NCBI GenBank assembly: GCA_045598885.1
Contig: JAZRVB010000071.1
Coordinates: 39,260-103,259, forward strand
Direction: 5' to 3'
DNA: 64,000 bases
Origin: Bacteroidales bacterium
GTDB taxonomy: Bacteria > Bacteroidota > Bacteroidia > Bacteroidales > UBA3663
Part shown: positions 20,243 to 27,839 of the stretch, one piece after another
How the letters are laid out: every line of letters begins with the position of its first letter
Position numbering within the stretch: the first letter of the stretch is position 1
Notes under the pieces: model-generated
Databases searched by the model: none
Seen by the model: only the letters and a program-made list of their open reading frames with translations
Told to the model about the DNA's origin: nothing
Translations under genes and position numbers: made by a program

Positions 20243-23065
20243 TTACGCCATGGTAATATGGAAGTTTCTGTATTTCTTGCTTTCGTATAAACGATTATCA
20301 GCCTCAGTATAAAGATTCTCGAAAGACTGATCAGTAGTGCCATCATAGAAAGAAGCACCTGCGCTGATAGAAGCTGTATAATCCTGAATCTCGCTGATGC
20401 GAATAGCCTTGATAGCGGCAAAAAGACGATCGATCTCAGGCTGCAGGGTCTCTGGTGTATAGTTGCCCTGGAGGTAGAATGCGAACTCATCACCTCCGAG
20501 TCGCATCGTGATCTGGTCAGGATATGTTGTCTTCAAGGCTGCAGCAATTTCCTTGATCAATGTATCACCGTTTTTATGGCCATAGGTATCGTTGACGATC
20601 TTGAAACGATCACAGTCGACAAGGACAAAAACGCCAGCATGATGATATTTGATCAAATCCATAATGCGACGCTGACCACTGTAACGGTTAAAGATTCCTG
20701 TGAGTCCGTCGATCTCTGAGAGTTTCTTCAGTTCATAGTGATGCAGCAAGAAATACAAGAACGAAACTATCAGGACAGCATACAACAGGAGGAAGTACCA
20801 ACGCAGCCAGATAACAGGCTGAACGATCAATGGAATCTCAATACCTTCGATATAGCTGGATGCACTGTTAGAACGGACCTCTATCACATAATCACCCGGA
20901 TCAATCTGCTGATAACGAAGGGTTCTCGTGTCTCCGATAGGCTGCCAGTCGTTTACCAGTCCTTTGATGCGATACTCAAAGGCATATTCATTCTGATGAT
21001 AGATATCGGTCGTTGTGAATTGCAGGAAAAGCGAGTGAGAATCTGGCGGCAGGAGCACTTGGCCATCCTTGAAATTATCGCCTTTAGCAACGATCCTGAA
21101 TGTATCCTGAGGTGCTGTGATATCTTCAGCAGTTACAACGATTGCACCATTGTCTGTTCCAAACATCAGATGCCCATTATGGTCAGAACCAGATGCTCCA
21201 CGCATGAAGACACCCTTGCTCTTTCCTGAAGGGACGTAATTAATGCTACGGACGGCCTTTCGGGTATTGGCATTGAATGTAAAGAGTCCATTGTGGTCGG
21301 TCGAGCAACATAAGATGGAGTCATTGATAAACTCAATGCCACAAAGTTCAAGCGATGGGAATACATCGTCTAAGCCATACTTCTCAACCTGTCCTGTGTG
21401 GGCGTCAAAGAAGACAATACCTGCTCCTTGGGTAGCAAACCAGATCTCATGACCATTACGAGTAGCAACAGAAGCCATAGCATTGGTGCTTTCCCATTCG
21501 TAAATGCCGTCATAACCCGTAAGCAGACGCTGCATCTCTCCACTACGAATATTCAGCAGATAGAAACTATCAAAGGTAGTAACAACCAATGTATCAGCAT
21601 TCAATTCCGCAATGTCACTGATCATCGCTATATCATAACTCTTCGGATCATAGCTGCCATCCGCCTTGAAATGCATGCAGGTCAATGGGAAGTTCATGCC
21701 TCCGACCCATATATCATGATTGACATCTTCATGAATGGCATAGACACAGTCGATAACAGACTGCCCACAGACTGAAGGATAATAATCATGATGCTTGGTA
21801 ACAGGATAATAATGATGTAAACCAGTATTATAGCCACCCATCCAGATCGTACCATCAGAGGCAGTAATCATACAAAGATTTCCCATTCCCGGCCAAGAAA
21901 TAATCTCCGGATTTGTACCGAAATCTTTATAGTGAGCCAGACTTCGACTGAAAGCTACCCAATAATCTCCATTTTTATCGACGTTGCCACCAAATGCAAA
22001 ACCATCAGCGTATGAATCGGCATCAGGGTTTCTGAGAAGATTCTTCTGATTGACCGGGCGCATCAGAGCCATACCACCCAAAGAAAGAGCCAGCCAGATA
22101 TTCTCTCCATCGACGACAATGTCATCGACCACAGAGTTGGTGAGGCGGCAAGGTGCTGCAGGGCTCTCTGAAGCAAGAAGATAAAGTTTACAATCAGTCA
22201 GGAGGCCTTTTTCGTCACGTAAGTTTTCATAAAAAGTAGCCAGAAGACCATCGCCATCTGTACCAAGAAGCAAGATATCGTCATTTAATGGTGTAATAAT
22301 ATTGAAGATCTTGTTTTCTGTAGTACTAACATAATGTGTCTGCGACGGATTCTCATAATCGACAAGATAGAGACCTGAACCCTGTGTTCCTACCCATAGA
22401 CATCTATTACGTTTATCGACGAAAATTCTATTAACTTCTGCTTGGATAGAAGAGAATGGTTCAAGGTCGCTTGTAATCGGATCGTATAAAAACAGACCCT
22501 TCATCGTGCAGATAAAGAGATGTCTTCCGTCTGGATGTTCTGTGATACTTCGAATGTTCAATTCAGTGTGAGAGAATTCTCCGATTGAGTCTCCTTCAAT
22601 ATAATAAGGAAGAAGACCGTAAGTCGTACCAATCAAGAAGCCATAGTCAGTAGGAAAAAAATAGTTACCGCTGGACCAGATATCATTCTTTGCAGTTCGG
22701 AATGCGTAGCGGAACCCATCTACTGTAGAATCATATCGGGTTACTACACCACGCTCTGTAGAAGTCCAGATCGTGCCGTAGTATGACTTTATCTTGGTCA
22801 TGAAACCTTCAGTAATACTACGTTCGCGAGAGTCAGAGAGATGATAAGGAATAAAGTTTCGTCCATCATAACGTTCTACACCCATAGGCGTAGCAATCCA
22901 GATGAATCCGTTTTCATCGCGCTCAACATGGCGGACAGTACGACTTGTTGTAGGTTCAGGGAAGCTGATATCATAAACCGGCAATTCCTGACCTGCAACT
23001 TTAGTAATACAAGAGAACAATAGTAAGCTTAATAAAGCGATAGTGTGTTTAAGATATAAGAACAT
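20243..23065 (-). CDS. Diguanylate cyclase with periplasmic beta-propeller (Reg_prop) and Y_Y_Y sensor
   Basis: Start moved to MFLYLKH (signal peptide). Repeated D..G.IW.(A/G)T..G propeller blades, FEYRIKGLVNDW...YQQIDPGDYVIEV (YYY), TM helix, DGLTGIFNR, DCDRFKIVNDTYGHKNGD, RLGGDEF. Confidence 0.9.
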   Translation of the reverse strand: MFLYLKHTIALLSLLLFSCITKVAGQELPVYDISFPEPTTSRTVRHVERDENGFIWIATPMGVERYDGRNFIPYHLSDSRERSITEGFMTKIKSYYGTIWTSTERGVVTRYDSTVDGFRYAFRTAKNDIWSSGNYFFPTDYGFLIGTTYGLLPYYIEGDSIGEFSHTELNIRSITEHPDGRHLFICTMKGLFLYDPITSDLEPFSSIQAEVNRIFVDKRNRCLWVGTQGSGLYLVDYENPSQTHYVSTTENKIFNIITPLNDDILLLGTDGDGLLATFYENLRDEKGLLTDCKLYLLASESPAAPCRLTNSVVDDIVVDGENIWLALSLGGMALMRPVNQKNLLRNPDADSYADGFAFGGNVDKNGDYWVAFSRSLAHYKDFGTNPEIISWPGMGNLCMITASDGTIWMGGYNTGLHHYYPVTKHHDYYPSVCGQSVIDCVYAIHEDVNHDIWVGGMNFPLTCMHFKADGSYDPKSYDIAMISDIAELNADTLVVTTFDSFYLLNIRSGEMQRLLTGYDGIYEWESTNAMASVATRNGHEIWFATQGAGIVFFDAHTGQVEKYGLDDVFPSLELCGIEFINDSILCCSTDHNGLFTFNANTRKAVRSINYVPSGKSKGVFMRGASGSDHNGHLMFGTDNGAIVVTAEDITAPQDTFRIVAKGDNFKDGQVLLPPDSHSLFLQFTTTDIYHQNEYAFEYRIKGLVNDWQPIGDTRTLRYQQIDPGDYVIEVRSNSASSYIEGIEIPLIVQPVIWLRWYFLLLYAVLIVSFLYFLLHHYELKKLSEIDGLTGIFNRYSGQRRIMDLIKYHHAGVFVLVDCDRFKIVNDTYGHKNGDTLIKEIAAALKTTYPDQITMRLGGDEFAFYLQGNYTPETLQPEIDRLFAAIKAIRISEIQDYTASISAGASFYDGTTDQSFENLYTEADNRLYESKKYRNFHITMA

Positions 23066-23091
23066 AGTATTTATAAAGCCTTTTCTGTCGA

Positions 23092-23673
23092 TTATCTGTC
23101 GTTCATTTGTATCATCTGCAGGAATTCGTTGCGTGTAGTAGCGTCCTGCTTGAAGATGCCTGTGTAGTATGAGACAGACATAGCACCTGGATTCTTGACA
23201 CCTCGCATGCTCTTGCACATGTGCTGGCCTTTAAGGACAATCGCAAAACCAAGAGCCTCATGATCAAGAGCTTCGTCGAGCATATCAATGATGTCTCTTG
23301 CGAGACGTTCCTGCAACTGAAGACGTGCTGCACAATAGCCGACGACACGGGCAATCTTGCTGATGCCGAGGATGCGACCTTCGTCACTTGGCATGTAAGC
23401 AAAGTAATACTTGCCGAAGAATGGCATCATGTGATGCTCGCACATCGAATAGAAATCACCAGCATCGAAGACCAATTCTGTGCTGTGTGAGTCGTTCTCA
23501 AAAGTTGTGATCTTCGGCTTCTGCGAAGGGTCATAACCTCGGAACAGTTCCTTATACATGCGGCAGATGCGATCGGGAGTACCGACGAGGCCTTCACGCT
23601 CAGGATCCTCCCCGATGGCTCGCAGGATGGTCACAATGGCTTGCTGGAGCTCCTCATCCGAGACGGGAGTCAT
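23092..23673 (-). CDS. folE: GTP cyclohydrolase I
   Basis: GEDPEREGL.GTP.R, SMCEHHMMPF, GISKIAR, RLQLQERL, HMCKSMRG; start set at the ATGA overlap with the queE stop. Confidence 0.96.
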   Translation of the reverse strand: MTPVSDEELQQAIVTILRAIGEDPEREGLVGTPDRICRMYKELFRGYDPSQKPKITTFENDSHSTELVFDAGDFYSMCEHHMMPFFGKYYFAYMPSDEGRILGISKIARVVGYCAARLQLQERLARDIIDMLDEALDHEALGFAIVLKGQHMCKSMRGVKNPGAMSVSYYTGIFKQDATTRNEFLQMIQMNDR

Positions 23674-24275
23674 CGGACGTTGATTATCTTGTGGGTTTGA
23701 AGAGATAGTTTCCATTTCGGGTGATGTAAAATGTAATCGATCGTTTGTTCGAGGATCTGCTGATTGCGCTGAGTATCCTTGACATCACAAGGCTGCAGGC
23801 GATATTCCTTTGCCTCATAAGCGTCATACTGGCTCATATCCTGCTTGCCGTCGCCTTCATAGACCACTTTAAGCTCGTCAATGAGCTGTAGCTTGAGAGG
23901 CTTGACACGGCGTGTGCCATCCGGCTGATCCTCAAGCTTTGGCGAGCAGGTAATCCAGTCAACTTTACAACCGTCAGCCAAAGGTAGCGTGCCATTAGTC
24001 TCCATCATGACAAATTTGCCGTGCTGATGAAGAAGATCGACAAACGAAGGTGTAAGCTGTAGTGTAGGCTCGCCTCCTGTGATGACCACATGGCTGCAAG
24101 GATATTGCATCACCTCGTCAACAATCTGTTCCTCGGTCATTTCCTTGTAAGCCTTGAAGTCTGTATCACAGAACCAGCAACGCATATTGCAGCCAGAGAG
24201 GCGAACAAAGACAGCCGGTGTGCCAGTGTAGCGGCCTTCGCCTTGCAAGGAATAAAAGATCTCGTTGACGCGCAT
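23670..24275 (-). CDS. queE: 7-carboxy-7-deazaguanine synthase (radical SAM)
   Basis: EIFYSLQGEG, CNMRCWFCDT, TGGEP, ETNG, LSLQTHK. Confidence 0.95.
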   Translation of the reverse strand: MRVNEIFYSLQGEGRYTGTPAVFVRLSGCNMRCWFCDTDFKAYKEMTEEQIVDEVMQYPCSHVVITGGEPTLQLTPSFVDLLHQHGKFVMMETNGTLPLADGCKVDWITCSPKLEDQPDGTRRVKPLKLQLIDELKVVYEGDGKQDMSQYDAYEAKEYRLQPCDVKDTQRNQQILEQTIDYILHHPKWKLSLQTHKIINVR

Positions 24276-24276
24276 G

Positions 24277-24612
24277 TTATTCGTCCTTTTCGTAGGTGGC
24301 TACGTTGCCAGTACTCTCCTGCACGTCGACCTTGTAGCAGTTAGGGACTCGACCACAGATCCAGTGAGCGATGTTCTCGGCTGTAGGGTTGAACGGAAGG
24401 ATGGCGTTGAGATCCTGATGATCAAGTACACCATGAACCAAACGCTTTACTTCAGTAAAGTCTACAACCATGCCGTCCTCATCGAGTTCCTTCGACTTAC
24501 AATAGACGGTGACGATCCAGTTGTGACCATGCAGGTTTTCACACTTGCTCTGGTGTGAGAGACGCAGATAGTGGCTACCTGAGATCTCCATTGATTTCTT
24601 TACGTAATACAT
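24277..24612 (-). CDS. queD: 6-carboxy-5,6,7,8-tetrahydropterin synthase
   Basis: SHYL, KCENLHGHNW, GMVVDF, LDH, NPTAENIA. Confidence 0.95.
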   Translation of the reverse strand: MYYVKKSMEISGSHYLRLSHQSKCENLHGHNWIVTVYCKSKELDEDGMVVDFTEVKRLVHGVLDHQDLNAILPFNPTAENIAHWICGRVPNCYKVDVQESTGNVATYEKDE

Positions 24613-24614
24613 CT

Positions 24615-24645
24615 TTAAGTTTTTTATAGGGTTTTCTTGACCTAT
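24615..24645 (-). ncRNA. preQ1-I-like riboswitch aptamer in the queD leader
   Basis: Minus strand reads AUAGG-UCAAGAAAAC-CCUAU-AAAAAACUUAA: 5-bp P1, 10-nt loop starting U and ending C, A-rich tail whose CUU can pair with loop AAG; ends 2-3 nt before the queD ATG. Confidence 0.75.
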
Positions 24646-24677
24646 GGAGAACAGAAATGGCTCTCCGATTTGAACTG

Positions 24678-24709
24678 CAAATATAATACTTATATATTAT
24701 AAATCCAAA
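24678..24709 (-). promoter_or_regulatory. Bacteroidetes sigmaA promoter for queD-queE-folE
   Basis: TTTG (24709-24706), 20-nt spacer, TATATTTG (24685-24678). Confidence 0.75.
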
Positions 24710-24765
24710 ATAAAGTCCCAAAACTTAACGAAAACGGTTTGTAATCGCAAGTTTTAGGACTTTAT
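24710..24765 (-). terminator. Intrinsic terminator after the nucleoside permease
   Basis: ataaagtcccaaaactt / aagttttaggactttat arms with a U-rich tail on the minus strand. Confidence 0.7.
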
Positions 24766-24782
24766 CTTAGCAGAAAGTCTTT

Positions 24783-26057
24783 TTATTTTGCACTTTCTGG
24801 CGTATGCTTATACTGGAAAAGTACAGCAAAAGCAATTGCCATGACCAGCGAATAAGCAGCAAAAATATACCAAGATGTCTGCCATCCTGAAGCCTGCTCT
24901 GCCACAGAAAGGCCATCTGCATAGACATAATTGTTGATAACAGCCTTGGCACTCAGCGAACCTACAGTAGCACCGAGACCATTAGTCATCAGCATAAAGA
25001 GACCTTGTGCGGATGAGCGGATAGAGATATCGGTCTTCTCATTGACAAACAGGGAACCTGAAATATTGAAAAAATCGAAGGCGACACCATAGAAGATGCA
25101 CGAAAGGATGAAAAGCCATACTCCTGTACCAGGATCACCAAGGCCAAAGAATCCGAAACGTGCCACCCATGCAAACATAGCAATAAGCATAACGATCTTG
25201 ATGCCATACTTCTTGAGGAAGAATGGAATAAGAAGGATGCACAAAGTCTCAGATACCTGAGAGAGTGAGATGAGAATATTACTATGCTCAACGAAGAAGA
25301 GCCCCTGGAACTCCGGATTGTCGCCAAATGACTGAATGAACGGATTGGCATAGCCATTAGTGATCTGAAGACAGACTCCCAGGAAGAATGAGAAGATGAA
25401 GAAGACGGCCATCTGCTTCTGCTTGAAAAGAGCAAAAGCCTTGAGTCCCAATGCTTCGATGAAAGATTTCTTCTGGCCGTCACCTCCTACTGGACATGCA
25501 GGCATGGTCAATGAGTACAGCGCCATGATCACGCTGATCACTGCTGACTGCACGAACTGGACCGGTGTATTTTGCCAGCCAGCAAGGTCGACAAGCCACA
25601 TAGCGCAGAGGAAGCCCACTGTGCCGAACACACGGATGGGAGGAAAGGCCTTGACGGTATCGAGACCCGCCTTGTCAAGCGCGGTATAAGCAACAGAATA
25701 GCTCAGTGCAAGGGTCGGCATATAGAACGCCACACTGCCAGTATATGCCCAGAACAGCGCCTCGCCATTGACTGCACCATCGCCTGCTGAGAGACCGATA
25801 TAGGCCGCGAGACCAATAAACGCAGCCGACATGAAATGACAGAACGACAGCAGACGCTGTGCTTGCACCCATCGGTCAGCCACAATGCCCATAATAGCAG
25901 GCATAAAAATAGATACTACGCCTTGAAGGGCATAGTAATTACCAATATCGGTGCCTAACCCTGCCGAAGCAAGGTAGGCACCCATAGATGTGAGATAAGA
26001 GCCCCATGCCGCGAACTCAAGAAAGTTCATGGCAATGAGGCGATGTTTCATATTCAT
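24783..26057 (-). CDS. MFS nucleoside:H+ symporter (NupG/XapB family)
   Basis: MNFLEFAAWGSY, GIVADRW, FPPIRVFGTVGF, SQVSE, SAQGLF; about 12 TM helices. Confidence 0.92.
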   Translation of the reverse strand: MNMKHRLIAMNFLEFAAWGSYLTSMGAYLASAGLGTDIGNYYALQGVVSIFMPAIMGIVADRWVQAQRLLSFCHFMSAAFIGLAAYIGLSAGDGAVNGEALFWAYTGSVAFYMPTLALSYSVAYTALDKAGLDTVKAFPPIRVFGTVGFLCAMWLVDLAGWQNTPVQFVQSAVISVIMALYSLTMPACPVGGDGQKKSFIEALGLKAFALFKQKQMAVFFIFSFFLGVCLQITNGYANPFIQSFGDNPEFQGLFFVEHSNILISLSQVSETLCILLIPFFLKKYGIKIVMLIAMFAWVARFGFFGLGDPGTGVWLFILSCIFYGVAFDFFNISGSLFVNEKTDISIRSSAQGLFMLMTNGLGATVGSLSAKAVINNYVYADGLSVAEQASGWQTSWYIFAAYSLVMAIAFAVLFQYKHTPESAK

Positions 26058-26060
26058 AAA

Positions 26061-27584
26061 TTAATACTGATGCATTGGACGGAGAAGATCATTGACAGTC
26101 TTAACTGGATTGAAGGTAAGAAGGTCAACGTCAACGAATACGGTATTCCAGTCGCTCATTGCACCGTTCCAGAGGCCTGGAAGCTCGAGAGCCTTGAGTT
26201 CCTTACCGCTCTTAGACTTGTATGAAATAAAGCCGGTCATTGGATCAACATGCTCGAGGAGATTGAATGGCTTGCCGTTCTTGTCGCGTACTGCACAAAC
26301 GAGATCAACTGGGTTGAAGTGAGTACCCTCCTTGAACATAGCAACAGATTCAGGATCATTCTGATCAATCTGGCTTGACTCAAGAATCTGGCTCTGGTAA
26401 GTACCATCAGGAGACTGAGCGATAAATGGACCGCCACCAGGCTCACCTACGTTCTTGACCATACCGCAGACACGGAGTGGACGGTTGAGCTTATTCTTGA
26501 TATAGAGAGCGAGCTCGCTATCCTCAAGAAGCTTGGTATCAGGATTCTTGATGTAGAGCTTGGTCTGGAGGAAGTAAAGCATATCGATGAGCTGCTCATG
26601 GGTATAATGACCGCTCTCGAGCTGCTGGAGGTAGCTGAAGATCTTCTGCTGAAGGCCAACGAGTACACCACCAATGATCTGCTTGTATGCGACGGTAGCC
26701 TGCTTCTTCTTCTCAGGTACTACATTATCAATATTCTTAACGAAGATGACGTCTGCCTCCTGCTCATTAAGGTTCTCGATTAATGCGCCATGACCACCTG
26801 GACGGAAGAGGAGATTGCCCTTGTCGTCGCGGAATGGAGTATTGTCCATGTTAGCAGCGATGGTATCGGTGCTGGCCTTCTGAACAGAGAATGAGATATT
26901 GTACTTCACACCGTACTTCTGCTCGTAAGCAGCCTTCTTCTCAGCAACAAGTTTCTCGAACAATGGGAGGTGATCAGGGCTGACTGTGAAGTGGAGGTTG
27001 ACATTACCCTTTCCGTTAGCTGCATATACTGCACCTTCCTCAAGATGCTCCTCAAATGCCTTGCGGACACCAGCTGATGAGCGGTGGAAAGTAAGGAGAC
27101 CCTTTGGAAGCTGACCATAGTTGAGACCCTTCTCAAGGAGGAGGTTAGCAACGACTGGCTTGTACTGACCAGCAGCTACGAGATCCTTGATGCCCTTGCC
27201 TTCGTTCTTCTGGCAAACCTCATCAAGCTCTGGATAGAAAGCGAACTGCTCAATGCCACCAAAGAACTTCTTCTCAAAGTCGTTGGTAGGAACCTCGTAT
27301 GGAGCCTCAAGGAACTCAAAGAGATTCTTGAACATACGGCTGGCTGCACCTGATGCAGGGACGAACTTCAAGATGGTCTTATCAGCCTGGAGATACTTCT
27401 GCCAGAGGTCCTGATAATACTTGGCGCCATCCTCATCAATGGTCATGATACCATACTCTGGAGATGCAGCTCCTTTAAGCTTCAAATAAGGGAAACCAGT
27501 CTCAAAAGACTTCAGCTGGCTTTCTACCTTCTCAACTGTGGTGCCACGCTGGGCAAACACTTCAAGATCTTGCTGTGTAAACAT
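26061..27584 (-). CDS. DUF4301 family protein
   Basis: KFVPASGAASRMFK, FRPGGHGALIENL, KNIDNV, GEPGGGPF, THFNPVD, ELPGLWNGAM, FNPVKTV. Confidence 0.92.
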   Translation of the reverse strand: MFTQQDLEVFAQRGTTVEKVESQLKSFETGFPYLKLKGAASPEYGIMTIDEDGAKYYQDLWQKYLQADKTILKFVPASGAASRMFKNLFEFLEAPYEVPTNDFEKKFFGGIEQFAFYPELDEVCQKNEGKGIKDLVAAGQYKPVVANLLLEKGLNYGQLPKGLLTFHRSSAGVRKAFEEHLEEGAVYAANGKGNVNLHFTVSPDHLPLFEKLVAEKKAAYEQKYGVKYNISFSVQKASTDTIAANMDNTPFRDDKGNLLFRPGGHGALIENLNEQEADVIFVKNIDNVVPEKKKQATVAYKQIIGGVLVGLQQKIFSYLQQLESGHYTHEQLIDMLYFLQTKLYIKNPDTKLLEDSELALYIKNKLNRPLRVCGMVKNVGEPGGGPFIAQSPDGTYQSQILESSQIDQNDPESVAMFKEGTHFNPVDLVCAVRDKNGKPFNLLEHVDPMTGFISYKSKSGKELKALELPGLWNGAMSDWNTVFVDVDLLTFNPVKTVNDLLRPMHQY

Positions 27585-27653
27585 AAGTATTTATTAGATT
27601 TATATTTAGAATATACACGATTTATATGCTTTCATGTATGATTTGTTTGGGTG

Positions 27654-27661
27654 CAAATATA
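27654..27661 (-). promoter_or_regulatory. -7 promoter box for the DUF4301-permease operon
   Basis: TATATTTG on the minus strand. Confidence 0.55.
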
Positions 27662-27808
27662 AGGATTTTTTAGTAAAAAAAAATTTATTACCATAAAAAA
27701 AACTTCTTTTCGTGAAAAAAAGAAAGAAATATATGTTATAAAACATAAAAAAGGATGATTTGAGAGAAGAAAATCAGAATTTCGTTCACGACTTTGAGGA
27801 AAAATAAC

Positions 27809-27816
27809 TATCTTTG
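27809..27816 (+). promoter_or_regulatory. -7 promoter box for relA
   Basis: TATCTTTG 23 nt before the ATG. Confidence 0.6.
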
Positions 27817-27839
27817 CACGCATAAAATATATAAATAGT

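Noticed and set aside
23066-23218. 51-aa N-terminal extension of the GGDEF ORF
   Set aside because: It overlaps folE in another frame, and the signal peptide begins at ATG 23065.
23092-24612. queD-queE-folE as a 7-deazaguanine DNA-modification (dpd) or phage cluster
   Set aside because: No dpdA/tgt-like, restriction or phage genes are nearby, and the preQ1-like riboswitch points to tRNA queuosine synthesis.
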